Assembly: GCA_030740155.1 (NCBI GenBank)
Contig: JASLXV010000056.1
Span: 1 to 41,578, forward strand
Source: Dehalococcoidia bacterium
GTDB lineage: Bacteria > Chloroflexota > Dehalococcoidia > Lucifugimonadales > UBA3495
Reading direction: 5' to 3'
Length of the DNA: 41,578 bases
Below the pieces are notes generated by a model. The model was not told the DNA's origin and did no database searches. It saw only the letters and a list, made by a program, of their open reading frames with translations. Shown piece after piece: positions 8,018-18,260 of this stretch (the first letter of the stretch is position 1; each line of letters opens with the position of its first letter). Made by a program: the position numbers and the translations under genes.

Positions 8018-10084
8018 GTGAGACAGGTTGCAATCGTGGGGCTCATCACCCTTTTTCTGGTCATCGGGTTGGCTTGCGGAGACACCAGCCCCACGGCGAC
8101 GCCCGCCCCTCAACCAACGTTCGCTCCAACGCCCACTCCGATCCCTGCTGCCACATCAGCACCGGCGCCCACGGCCACGCCAACCCCGACGGCCACTCCC
8201 GTGCCCACGCCGACGCTGGTGCCCACTCCGGCCCCACACCCACCCCGGCGCCACTGAGCCCGGCCGGGATATTCACCCGCGTCTCGTCATCCATCGGTGG
8301 CGTTTATCCAAACGCCCACGGGAAACGGCAGCGGCGTGTTGGTCCAGGGTGGCTACGTGGTGACCAATGCTCACGTGGTCTGGCCGTTTGACCAGGTGCG
8401 GGTCGTGTTCCCCGACGGCTCCGAGCACCCCGAGGCCCCGGTCATGAACTCCGACTTGATGGCCGACTTGGCGGTCATCGGCCCGCTGAAGACCTCCGCC
8501 GAGCCTCTGACACTGGCGGATGGCGAGGACCTGGTTATTGGGGGCGAGGTCTTCTTGATCGGTTATCCTGCCGAACAGGAAGAGTTCCCCCAGCCGGCCA
8601 TCACCCGGGGTATCATTTCCCGGCTCCGCCAGTGGGAGCCCATCGAAATGACCTACATCCAAACCGACGCTACCATCGCCGGCGGGCAGAGCGGGGGAAT
8701 CCTCGTGTCCGAGGACGGAGATGTGATCGGGATATCGGGCCTCTCCTTCGGCGAAGCCGCGTTCGGCCTCGTGGCCTCGGCGGCGGACGTGGAGCCTCGC
8801 ATCGAAGGCCTGATCTCCGGCAAGGACCTGTCGGGCCTCGGTGATCGCATGGTGCCCGCCGGAGGAGGGCGAACGGAACACGAATTCAACCTGCTGAACA
8901 CCGGGGACGCAAGCATGTACGTGATCAATGAGCCGGCCGGCACAAAGGTGGATATCGAGGTGGAGAGCGCCGCCGACGCGGTCTTCACCCTGTTGGATAC
9001 AGCCGGGAACCTCCTGGCCTACGTCGACGACGGATTCGCCGGATTGGAGGCCGGCTCGGTGGTCACCGAGCTGGACGGCCCTCACTTCCTGGTGATCACC
9101 CAGTTGACCGAGGAACCAGCGGAGGGCCTGGTCACCGGCAACCGGCTCCTCGCGCCCTACGATGACGCGGATGACGGCGCCACTATCACGCTGGGGCAGA
9201 CAGTCGCGGCCAGCATGGATTACCCCGGCGATGTCGACACCTTCCTGATCGACCTGGCGAAGGGCGATACTGTCGAGGTTGACGTCGACTCCATGAACTT
9301 CGACCCGGTGCTTCAGATCGGCGCCGAGGGGGCCGCGGAGGACCCGCTGGGCTTCGACGATGACAGCGGCAAGGGCATCTTCGGGCTGAACGCGCGGGTC
9401 AACTACCGGGCGGCCCAGCGCGGTAGATATCTCATCTCCGTGACCGACGCGGGCTCCGTCGACGTCGGCGGCTACTTCCTCACGGTGTCGGCGGTTCCGC
9501 CGGATGCGGCTTCTTCACCCACACCCACGCCTGCCCCGCCCGCGCCAACAGCCGTTCCCGAGGGCGAGCGGCTCCCCCAACAATATGCCCAGGCGCCCTC
9601 GATGACCATCGACCCGTCCGCCAGCTACACCGCCACCATCCGGACCAACCATGGCGAGATGGTTTTGGAGCTGTTCGCCAGGCAGGCCCCACAGACCGTA
9701 AACAACTTCGTCTTCCTGGCCGAAGAGGGGTATTATGATGGGACAATCTTCCATCGCGTGATCGCGAGTTTCATGATCCAGGGTGGAGACCCCACGGGTA
9801 CCGGGGCCGGAGGACCGGGCTATGCGTTCGAAGATGAATTTGTCCCGGAACTTGTTTTCGATGAGCCGGGTGTTTTGGCCATGGCCAACGCCGGACCGAA
9901 TACCAACGGCAGCCAGTTCTTTATCACGGTGGTGCCCACAACCCATTTGAACGGGGCCCACACGATATTCGGCCGGATGGTCAGCGGGCAAGCAGTGGCG
10001 GATGCCATCTCCTCACTCATGACCGCCCCGGGCAACCGGCCGTTGGAGGATGTGGTAATCGAGAGCATCCTAATAGGGGAGTGA
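8018..10084 (+). pseudogene. Interrupted lipoprotein: Pro/Thr linker, trypsin-like S1C protease, PPC-like domains and cyclophilin PPIase
   Basis: Lipobox-like GLAC signal; catalytic TNAHVV, DLAVI and GGQSGG; DDDSG PPC-type motif; cyclophilin FHRVIASFMIQGGDP, AMANAGPNTNGSQFFIT and HTIFG. ORFs 8018-8257 and 8297-10084 share a frame and are split by TGA 8255-8257. It could be intact if the indels are sequence errors. Confidence 0.7.
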
Positions 10085-10164
10085 ACGGCCGCGATGGCCG
10101 GCCGCATCACCCCGCGGCGGGAGGATGGGCTCGGATGACAGCCTCGGCCTGATGGACGTCGGCC

Positions 10165-10839
10165 CTAGGCCTGGAACTTGAACTCCCGCAGGCCGCCGGG
10201 GATGACCAGCTTGGCCTCTGTCAGGTCCTGGATCTCCTCGGGGCTCCAGCCGGGGGCGTGCTCCAGCAGCTTGAATCCCTGGGGGGTCACCTCGAACAGG
10301 CCCAGGTCCGTGACCAACAGCCGGACCACGCCGGGAGCGGTGATGGGTAGGCGGCACCGCTTCAGCAGGCGGGGCTCGCCTTCACGGGTGACGTGCTCCA
10401 TGGCGATGTAGACCCGCTTGGCGCAGGCGGCCAGGTCCATGGCGCCGCCGATGCTGCCGCCCTTGCGGGAGGGAATCCGCCAGTTGGCGAAGTCCCCGTT
10501 CTCGGCCACTTCGTAGGCGCCCATGACGGTCACATCGACCATGCCGCCGCGGATTATCCCGAAGGAGTCGGCATGGTGGACGATGGACATCAGGGGACTG
10601 GCGGTAACGTTCTGCCCCCCGGCGTTGACCAGGTGCCGGTCCTCACTTCCTTCTTCGGCCATGGGACCGAAGCCGATGACCCCGTTCTCCGAGTGGGTGA
10701 TGATGTCCTTGTTCGGGTCCACGTAGTTGGAGCAAAGGGTCGGCATGCCGACTCCCAGGTTTACTATCCATTCGTCCTGGAACTCCATGGCCAGCCGGTC
10801 GCACATGGCCTGGCGTTCCAATCTCGGCTTGTCGGCCAT
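10165..10839 (-). CDS. 3-oxoacid CoA-transferase subunit B
   Basis: VNLGVGMPT, catalytic HSENG, NAGG, IGGAMDL. Confidence 0.92.
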   Translation of the reverse strand: MADKPRLERQAMCDRLAMEFQDEWIVNLGVGMPTLCSNYVDPNKDIITHSENGVIGFGPMAEEGSEDRHLVNAGGQNVTASPLMSIVHHADSFGIIRGGMVDVTVMGAYEVAENGDFANWRIPSRKGGSIGGAMDLAACAKRVYIAMEHVTREGEPRLLKRCRLPITAPGVVRLLVTDLGLFEVTPQGFKLLEHAPGWSPEEIQDLTEAKLVIPGGLREFKFQA

Positions 10840-11045
10840 TTGATGCCTCCAGTGTTTGCTTATCGGTTTGCGATCAGCCGTCAGGTTGGCAATCCGCTAA
10901 TTATCTTTAACACCTGGCCCGCCGCGGAGGGCCACCGTGACAACAAAAAGGGCAAGCTGTGTTGAGCGTTATTTTCCGGGCGAAGGCCCCCGTCAAATCT
11001 GTTGTGCAAGCGTATCAAGCTGAAGGCTGATAGCTGATAGCTTGT

Positions 11046-11744
11046 TTAATCCCAGATTCCGTCCGGCGGTATCCGCACCACACGGTTCACGTAGATACCC
11101 GGCACGTGGATTTGGTCCGGATCGAGGTCACCCACCGGCACGATGTCATTCTCCACCTCCACCACGGTGACGGTGGCCGCCATGGCCATGACGGGGTTGA
11201 AGTTACGCTGGGTGAGCCGGAACTGGAGGTTGCCGAAGGTGTCCGCCTTCCAGGCCCGGATCAGCGCATAATCGCCGGGGAGGGGCTGCTCCAGCACCTG
11301 CATCCGCCCGTCTATCTCCCGGTGCTCCTTGCCCTCGGCCAACTCGGTGCCCACGCTGGTCGGGGTATAGAACCCGCCGATTCCAAACGCGGCGGCGCGA
11401 ATGCGTTCGGCCAACGTTCCCTGTGGAACAAGCTCGGCGTCGATCTCGTCGTTGTTGTACATGCGGGTGAAGGGGGTCACCCGCGACGGGTGGGGGGAGG
11501 CACTGAACGCGCATATCATCTTCTTCACCTGGCCCGCCTCCACCAGGGTGCCCACGTCCACCATCTCATCCGGCGCCCCGGCGTTGTTGGACACCGCCGT
11601 CAGGTTCTTGGCCCCCTGGCGATTCAGGGCGGCGATCAGGTTTCTCGGAAGCCCCACGCCCCCAAAGCCGGGGCAGAAGATGGTCGCCCCATTGGGGACA
11701 TCGGCCACCGCGTCGTCGAAGTTGGAGTAGACTTTGTTTTTCAT
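11046..11744 (-). CDS. 3-oxoacid CoA-transferase subunit A
   Basis: GFGGVGLP, SNNAG, PQGTLAERIRA, NFNPVMA. Confidence 0.92.
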   Translation of the reverse strand: MKNKVYSNFDDAVADVPNGATIFCPGFGGVGLPRNLIAALNRQGAKNLTAVSNNAGAPDEMVDVGTLVEAGQVKKMICAFSASPHPSRVTPFTRMYNNDEIDAELVPQGTLAERIRAAAFGIGGFYTPTSVGTELAEGKEHREIDGRMQVLEQPLPGDYALIRAWKADTFGNLQFRLTQRNFNPVMAMAATVTVVEVENDIVPVGDLDPDQIHVPGIYVNRVVRIPPDGIWD

Positions 11745-11941
11745 ATGACCGGTCTCCTCTGGGGCATGATGTACTACATACTAACGCAGACTCGGGCCGG
11801 TTGCCAGAGTTACCGCCGGTGGACGGCGTATAATGGCCATCAGCACTCGGCCAGCAGCCGGTTACGCTCGGTTTTTTTAACTGATGGCTGAACGGGGAAA
11901 GCCCCAACTTTCCCCAACTTCGAGGAGGTAGCTCTACCCAG

Positions 11942-12556
11942 ATGACTTTGGACCAAGCCACATTCAGAGTCGGCGAGGATGACTTGGAGTTCATGGTGTT
12001 GGAGAAGGAGGACCTGTCACCTGCGTTTCAGGACCACCAAAGTATGCGGGAAGGCTTTTGGGACAATGAAAGGCTGGCGCGGCACGGGTTCGCCAGCAGC
12101 ACGGCGCCCCGGTTCCGCCGGGCCGGCAGGGTCACCGGTTATATTCGCGAGTTCGGTCCCAACGCTGCCATGGAGTCCCAGGACGGCTTTAACTTCCTGG
12201 CCGCCACCGCGGCCCATATGTTCAGCAGTCCGCAACAGGTTGCTGACTGGATGCACCACATCTTCCTTCATGACTTCCATGAAAACGTGGAGGAGAAGGT
12301 GGGCCAGGGACAACAGCTGGTCTCAATCCAACGCCTGGAGCCGGCGAACTTCTACGACGAGGCCGTGGCCCTCAAGGTGCTCCAGGGAGGCTCCTCCGGC
12401 CTCATGTCATCCACCATCGTCGACTTTCGGGTGGGCCGCGTTCTCGGGGTGGCCATTGTCGGCACCGTGGGCGACCACGAGCGCCTGGAACTGGCCACCG
12501 AGCTTGGCCTGGCCTTGGAGAAACGGATAGTCAGCGTGGTGTTGGGGGCTGGGTAA
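11942..12556 (+). CDS. Hypothetical protein
   Basis: 204-aa ORF with a GAGGAGG RBS, a TATAAT at 11829-11834 upstream and genome-like codon usage; no recognised motif. Confidence 0.75.
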   Translation: MTLDQATFRVGEDDLEFMVLEKEDLSPAFQDHQSMREGFWDNERLARHGFASSTAPRFRRAGRVTGYIREFGPNAAMESQDGFNFLAATAAHMFSSPQQVADWMHHIFLHDFHENVEEKVGQGQQLVSIQRLEPANFYDEAVALKVLQGGSSGLMSSTIVDFRVGRVLGVAIVGTVGDHERLELATELGLALEKRIVSVVLGAG

Positions 12557-12712
12557 GGGGTTCCGGGCGAGGGCTAACGGACCTGGGCCGGCCCCGGTTG
12601 AACCGAACCAGAGCCGTGGTCAGCCTGGCCAACGGATCATCGAGGACCGGGCCATGGACCGAACATCTGAAGTCCAAACGCCGGCGGCGGTCGATTTCTC
12701 AGGAGCCGGCGT

Positions 12713-13786
12713 CTATCCCCCACCCAGCAGTCTCACGATCTCGTCGCCCACCTGTGACGTGGAGGCGTTGCCGCCCAGGTCCGGAGTCAGCACCTTGCGT
12801 TCGTTCAGGCAGCGAGCCACCGCGCCGTCGACCCGTTGGGCCGCTTCCGGCTGATTGAAGTGGTCCATCATCAACGCCACCGCCGAGATAGTGGCCAGGG
12901 GGTTGGCGATGCCCTTGCCGGTGATATCGAAGGCCGCGCCGTGCACCGACTCGAACATGGAGGGGTACAAGCGCTCCGGGTTGACGTTGGCGCTGGGGGC
13001 CAACCCCATGCTGCCGGTGATCACCGCCGCGATGTCGGAGAGGATATCCGCGAAGAGGTTGGAGGCCACCACCACGTCGAAATTCTCCGGCCAGCGCACG
13101 AAGTCCATGGCTGCCCGGTCCACCAGGAGGGACTCGGTCTCGATCTGGGGGAACTCGGCGGCCACCTCCCGGAACACCTCGTCCCAGAACACCATGCCGA
13201 ATGTCTGGGCGTTGGACTTGGTGACGGAGGTTACCTTGTTCTTCTTGTTGCGCCGGACACAGTACTCGAAGGCCGCGCGGATAATCCTCTCGGTCCCCCG
13301 CCGGGTGAACATGTTGGTCTGCACGACCGTCTCGTGGGGGGTGCCCGGGTACAGCCGGCCGCCCACCGGGGCGTACTCCCCTTCGACGTTCTCTCTGAAG
13401 ATCACCAGGTCGATATCGCCGGCTTTCTTGCCCGCTAGGGGTGAGACGACTCCGGGGTGAAGGTAGGACGGGCGGATGCACACGCCCTGGTCGAATGCGA
13501 ATCTCATGGGCAGCAGCAGGCCGTTGAGGGTGATGTGGTCCGGTATGTGGGGGTCGCCCACCGCGCCGAAGAAGATGGCGTCATAGGGCCGGAGCTGGTC
13601 CAACCCATCCTCGGGCATCATCCGCCCGGTCTCACGGTAAAAATCGGAACCCCACGGGAACTCCGTGTACCGGAAGCTGAGCTCGTCGGTGTTCCGAGCC
13701 AGGGCTTCCAGCACCTTTCTTCCCTCGGCCACCACTTCGGGGCCGATCCCGTCTCCCGCGATCACCGCCAGCGCGTACTCCGTCAT
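12713..13786 (-). CDS. Tartrate/D-malate dehydrogenase (isocitrate/isopropylmalate dehydrogenase family)
   Basis: IAGDGIGPEV, FRENVEGEY, VTKSNA, NLFADILSD, FESVHGAAFDITGKGIANP. Confidence 0.9.
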   Translation of the reverse strand: MTEYALAVIAGDGIGPEVVAEGRKVLEALARNTDELSFRYTEFPWGSDFYRETGRMMPEDGLDQLRPYDAIFFGAVGDPHIPDHITLNGLLLPMRFAFDQGVCIRPSYLHPGVVSPLAGKKAGDIDLVIFRENVEGEYAPVGGRLYPGTPHETVVQTNMFTRRGTERIIRAAFEYCVRRNKKNKVTSVTKSNAQTFGMVFWDEVFREVAAEFPQIETESLLVDRAAMDFVRWPENFDVVVASNLFADILSDIAAVITGSMGLAPSANVNPERLYPSMFESVHGAAFDITGKGIANPLATISAVALMMDHFNQPEAAQRVDGAVARCLNERKVLTPDLGGNASTSQVGDEIVRLLGGG

Positions 13787-14068
13787 CTAATCGAGACCTC
13801 TCTAATTCAGTTTGGAATCCAGAATTCCAGTCTATCAGCTAGCGTTTGCTTTTCCCACCTATCGACCGCCCGGCGGGACGGTGGCCCCGAAGAGAATGGA
13901 GTCCCATGGGTGGTCCCGGCTTTCTCCGGAATGACGAGGGTGAGCAAGCAGACCGCTTCCCTCATGGAAGCCAGGAGCAGGGAGACGCCAACTGAGGAGC
14001 AAGAAGAATTCGAGGCTGAGAAGCTGGAGAGAGTCGAGACCTGGTGGGTCCGGTAACTCCGCCGGATT

Positions 14069-14983
14069 CTATCGAAGCTGTTGCAAGCCTCCGCCCGTCA
14101 GCCGGAACCGGTGAATCGCCTTCGCGTCGGGGAAGGCCTGCCGGGCCTGCTGTAAGACGGCCTCGCCCTGGCGCGCGCCGGCGTCCAGCAGCACCCCGAT
14201 GATGGTGCCGCTGTGGCCAACGTTTACCCCCACGGCGCCCGCCGCCCCGGCGAACTCCAGCACCGCCGGCATCCTGGGCTTGGGACTGACCCGCTGACTG
14301 GCCCTGGCGCTGATGGTGGCGCCTTCGCCAATCGTTCCCGGGTCCCCTCTCCGCAATCCGTCCTTCACCAGCTCAAGGGCCCGGTCAACCTCGGTCCCGA
14401 TCGATCGCCAAACCGAGCGGCGGTCCACCGAGTTGAACTCCACGGTATCCACCGTGCCGCCGAAATCCAGAGCGATGATCTCCATGGGCGGCGGCGGCCC
14501 CAGTGCTTCCAGGATGCGTCCTTCCCGGTGGTCCATCAGGGCGATGCCGGGAAACATGATGCCGTCGGTGGGCTCGACGGAGGCGGCGATGCGGGCCACC
14601 AGATCAGGAAGAAGCTTGGTCCCCAAAGCGAGGCCGGCCGCGGCGATGGTGGCCGCCACGTCGGCGCTGCTGCTGCCCATTCCCTTGCTTCGGGGGATGG
14701 CGCTGCGGACGGAAAGCCTCGCCCCCAGATCGGCGCGTCCCAGGTGAGCCAGCGTGGCCGTGAGGGCCGCCGCGGATTTCGGGCAATCGGCGGGGGCCTC
14801 GACTCCGGGGCCGCCGTGGTGCAGCGTCACCCGGACCTCGGAGAAGAGGTCGATGGGGCAAGTAACCAGGAAGTGGGCATCGCCCAGCATTCCCTGCACT
14901 AGCTCGCCGCAGACGCCGGGAGCCCGCACCGTGGCGCTGCCGGTCAAAGCCCGCACCCCTTCACCGTTTCCCCCTTGGAGCAA
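14069..14983 (-). CDS. pduX: L-threonine kinase PduX (GHMP kinase)
   Basis: PGVCGELVQG, IPRSKGMGSSSAD, EPTDG and HSGT motifs; last gene of the cob operon. Confidence 0.85.
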   Translation of the reverse strand: MLQGGNGEGVRALTGSATVRAPGVCGELVQGMLGDAHFLVTCPIDLFSEVRVTLHHGGPGVEAPADCPKSAAALTATLAHLGRADLGARLSVRSAIPRSKGMGSSSADVAATIAAAGLALGTKLLPDLVARIAASVEPTDGIMFPGIALMDHREGRILEALGPPPPMEIIALDFGGTVDTVEFNSVDRRSVWRSIGTEVDRALELVKDGLRRGDPGTIGEGATISARASQRVSPKPRMPAVLEFAGAAGAVGVNVGHSGTIIGVLLDAGARQGEAVLQQARQAFPDAKAIHRFRLTGGGLQQLR

Positions 14984-15035
14984 GGCCTCCCCGGACCGCC
15001 CGGAGGGAGCTTGGTCTCCGTCAGAACGAAGGCTC

Positions 15036-15617
15036 TCACGGTCCGGCGGGTCCCTTGATCTCCGTCGGAATCCCGGCGACTACCAGGTAGACCCGGTCGG
15101 CGGCGGCCGCCACCCGCTGATTGGCTAGGCCCAGCAGGTCCTGGAACCGGCGGCCCAGGGGCTCCGGTGGAACCAGGCTGAGGCCCACCTCGCCGCTGAC
15201 CACGATGAAGGCGGCCGAGGTGCGGCGCATTACGGCCAACAGGTTGTCAACGGCGGACAGCGTCATGGATTCCATCGCCGGCCCGGCCTGATCTTCATGC
15301 TTCAGCAGCATGTTGCTCACCCAGAAGTCCAGGCTTTCGATCAAGACTACGCCGGGTATGACCGCGCCGGGAGGACCGGCGTTGGAAAACTCTGCTTCCA
15401 CCCGTCCCGGCAGGTCCAGGGGCTCTTCGAGGGTGGACCAACTCGCCGGGCGCGACCGCCGGTGGCGGCGAATGCGCTCCTCCATCTCGGCATCGGTGGC
15501 GAGACCGGTGGCCACGTAGAGGGTGGGCCGGTCCTGGTCCCGTGCGAGCTTCTCCGCGAAGGCGCTCTTCCCAGACCGGACACCCCCCAGGACCAGGCAG
15601 AGCTGGGAGGCCGTCAA
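15036..15617 (-). CDS. cobU: Adenosylcobinamide kinase / adenosylcobinamide-phosphate guanylyltransferase
   Basis: GGVRSGKS P-loop, YVAT, EMEERIRRH, EVGLSLVP, FQDLLGLANQ. Confidence 0.92.
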   Translation of the reverse strand: MTASQLCLVLGGVRSGKSAFAEKLARDQDRPTLYVATGLATDAEMEERIRRHRRSRPASWSTLEEPLDLPGRVEAEFSNAGPPGAVIPGVVLIESLDFWVSNMLLKHEDQAGPAMESMTLSAVDNLLAVMRRTSAAFIVVSGEVGLSLVPPEPLGRRFQDLLGLANQRVAAAADRVYLVVAGIPTEIKGPAGP

Positions 15618-17179
15618 TGCTGTAGCCCTGGGGCCAAACCGGCGCCGTCGAAATCGTGGGCCAGGCCGGCCATTTGGTAGACCAGGTCCATTCGCAGGCT
15701 GGCCCGCACCCAGTCGGCCAGCTTGTCGAACTCGTGGTCCGAGGCCGCCTCCTGGGCCGGCAAGGGCAGGCTCACTCCCTTGCGGCGGGCCAGTTCCCGT
15801 AGCATGGCCCGGCGGAGCCCGCCGTTGTGGAACAGGCCGTGAATGTAAGTGCCCAGGACCGCGCCGGAGGAATCCAATGCCCCGTCGTAGGCGTTGCTCT
15901 CGGTCACTGGAATGTCGGAGCGTCCGTCGATGCGAAAGGCAGCGCCTGCCCCTTCGCCCCAGGTCCGGCCCATGTGAATCTCATACCCCTGGAACGGCAG
16001 GCCCTTGGCTCCGGCCAACAGTCCAAAATCCTGCACCACTTCGCCCTGGACGCGGTGAGTTTCCTTCGACGCGGAAAACTCAGTCGTCAGCGGCAGCAGC
16101 CCCAGGCCATCGATTGCGGTGCGGGAGGACTCCACCTTTTCCGGGTCGTGAATCCTGGTCCCCAGCATCTGATAGCCGCCGCAGATGCCGATGACCGAGG
16201 CGCCGTCCCGGTGGGCCCGGCGGACGGCGGCGGTCAGCCCTCGGGCCTCCATCCAGTCCAGGTCGGCGATGGTGGTCTTGCTCCCCGGCAGTATCACCAG
16301 GTCGGGGCGGCCCAGCCCTTCCGGCGAGTCCGCGTAACGGAGGGCGACCCCATCCTCCCGGGCCAGGGGGTCGAAGTCATCGAAGTTGGAGATATGGGGC
16401 ACCTTGACCACCACGATGTCCAGCACGGCGTCGCCCGGCGAGCGGGACGGGAGGTCGAGCGCCACCGAGTCCTCCTCGGGGATGTGGATGTCGTGGAAAT
16501 GGTTGACCACGCCGAGGATTGGGATGCCGGTGCGCTGCTCCAGCCAGGTCAATCCGTCGGTCAGCAGGCTCGCCTCGCCCCGGAATTTGTTTATCACCAG
16601 CCCTTTGATGGTGGCGCGCTCCTCCGGGTCCAGCAGTTCCAGGGTGCCCACGATGGCGGCGAACACCCCGCCTCGGTCGATGTCGCCGCAAAGGATGACG
16701 GGGGCGTTGGCGTAGCGGGCCACCCGCATGTTGACGATCTCGGTGGCCTTAAGGTTGATCTCGGCGGGACTGCCCGCGCCTTCGATCACCACAATGTCGT
16801 ATTCATCCCGCAGGGTGTCCAGCGACGCGCGGACCGATTCCCAGAGTTGGGGTTTCAACGCGAAGTAGTCCCGGGTGCGGGCGGAGAGTATCGGCCGGCC
16901 CAGCAGCACCACCTGGGAGGTGTGGTCGGCCTCGGGCTTGAGCAGGACCGGGTTCATCTCCACCCTGGCTTCTACCCCGGCGGCCTCGGCCTGAACCGCC
17001 TGGGCCCGGCCGATCTCGCCTCCACCGGCGGTCACATAGGAGTTGTTGGACATATTCTGGGCCTTGAAGGGGGCCACCCGGAACCCGTCTTGGCGGAAGA
17101 TGCGGCAGAGGGCGGACACCAGCACGCTCTTGCCCACGTGGGACGCCGTGCCCATGACCATCAAAACCTGGCCGGCCAT
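15614..17179 (-). CDS. cobQ: Cobyric acid synthase
   Basis: GTASHVGKS, APFKAQNMSNNS, EGAGSPAEIN, GICGGYQMLG and GTYIHG. ATG at 17179 (MAGQVLMVMG) chosen as start. Confidence 0.95.
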   Translation of the reverse strand: MAGQVLMVMGTASHVGKSVLVSALCRIFRQDGFRVAPFKAQNMSNNSYVTAGGGEIGRAQAVQAEAAGVEARVEMNPVLLKPEADHTSQVVLLGRPILSARTRDYFALKPQLWESVRASLDTLRDEYDIVVIEGAGSPAEINLKATEIVNMRVARYANAPVILCGDIDRGGVFAAIVGTLELLDPEERATIKGLVINKFRGEASLLTDGLTWLEQRTGIPILGVVNHFHDIHIPEEDSVALDLPSRSPGDAVLDIVVVKVPHISNFDDFDPLAREDGVALRYADSPEGLGRPDLVILPGSKTTIADLDWMEARGLTAAVRRAHRDGASVIGICGGYQMLGTRIHDPEKVESSRTAIDGLGLLPLTTEFSASKETHRVQGEVVQDFGLLAGAKGLPFQGYEIHMGRTWGEGAGAAFRIDGRSDIPVTESNAYDGALDSSGAVLGTYIHGLFHNGGLRRAMLRELARRKGVSLPLPAQEAASDHEFDKLADWVRASLRMDLVYQMAGLAHDFDGAGLAPGLQH

Positions 17180-17220
17180 ATCGTTTTCCCCTTTGGCTAG
17201 CAGCCAGCGGCTATCAGCTT

Positions 17221-17856
17221 TCAGGCGCCCGCTACTCCTTGCAAGGAGGGCAGCAGAAAATGAGAAGTGTCGTTGTAGAGACGCAAAACAGCGTTGTCCG
17301 GATATATCTCGACCATGGAAAGAGCGCAATTGGCCATTGCGAATCGCCAGTTGGCCTCCAGGGGAAGCTCCATCAGCGCCACCAGGGTCGCCCGGAGCGA
17401 TCCTCCGTGCCCGACGATCAGCACCGTGTCATCCAGGTGGCGATCCCTGATGTCGGCCACGAACGAGGCCATCCGGGCGCTGGTCTGGCGGATACTCTCG
17501 CCACCGGTGGGCGCGAAGTCCAGGTCTTTGACCAGCGAAGCGGTGAACATCTCCGGGTAGCGTTCCCGGCTCTCATCGGGGGTCTGGCCTTCGAAGACCC
17601 CTTTGTTATATTCCCGCAGCCGCTCCGTGAAATGCAGGGGCACGTCACGCTCGGCCAATATGTGCCGGACCGTCTCCGTGCAGCGGCGCAGGTCGCTGCA
17701 ATAGGCCACGTCTATCGGGACGTTGGCCAGCCGATGGCCCACCAAACGAGCTTGCTCGTTGCCCTTTTCCGATAGGTCCACGTCGGTATGGCCCTGGACC
17801 CGGCCCTCGGCGTTCCATACCGTTTCGCCGTGACGAACGATCAACCATCTACCCAT
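17221..17856 (-). CDS. cobC: Histidine phosphatase, probable alpha-ribazole phosphatase
   Basis: RHGET, SDLRRC, GGES and HGG motifs; first gene of the cob operon. Confidence 0.8.
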   Translation of the reverse strand: MGRWLIVRHGETVWNAEGRVQGHTDVDLSEKGNEQARLVGHRLANVPIDVAYCSDLRRCTETVRHILAERDVPLHFTERLREYNKGVFEGQTPDESRERYPEMFTASLVKDLDFAPTGGESIRQTSARMASFVADIRDRHLDDTVLIVGHGGSLRATLVALMELPLEANWRFAMANCALSMVEIYPDNAVLRLYNDTSHFLLPSLQGVAGA

Positions 17857-18260
17857 ACAGCCGAACGCCCTCCATTAAAATACGAGCAGAAGCCGCCGGG
17901 CTCTGCCGGCGCCACGATCTGCCCGCCCCAGCAGACATTCCGGGGAGAATTTGCCGGCCCCAGGCAAGGGACCGGGGTTCTTGGGACCTCCCTGGAACTC
18001 AGCAGGGGAAATCAACAGTGCCAGTCTACCTCAATACTCGCCGCCGAGCACGCGGAGACCCGAGAGGAGAAGCAGATCAGGGTCAAAGTTCCGGCGAACG
18101 CCGGGCTCACCAGGGTTTTGAGATGCCGGCAAGCCTGAAGGGCCTAATTTTACGCCCGGAGCACCGCTGGCCCCAGGCTCCGGACCCCGGCCATATTCTA
18201 GCAAAATCAGGCAGGATGTCCATCGCAGGGCTTTGCGGGTAGTGTGTCGGTCACCTGCCC

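Noticed and set aside
8255..8257. Selenocysteine readthrough in the lipoprotein gene
   Set aside because: The in-frame residues around the TGA are implausible, while a shifted frame gives the expected linker; there is no Cys-type motif.
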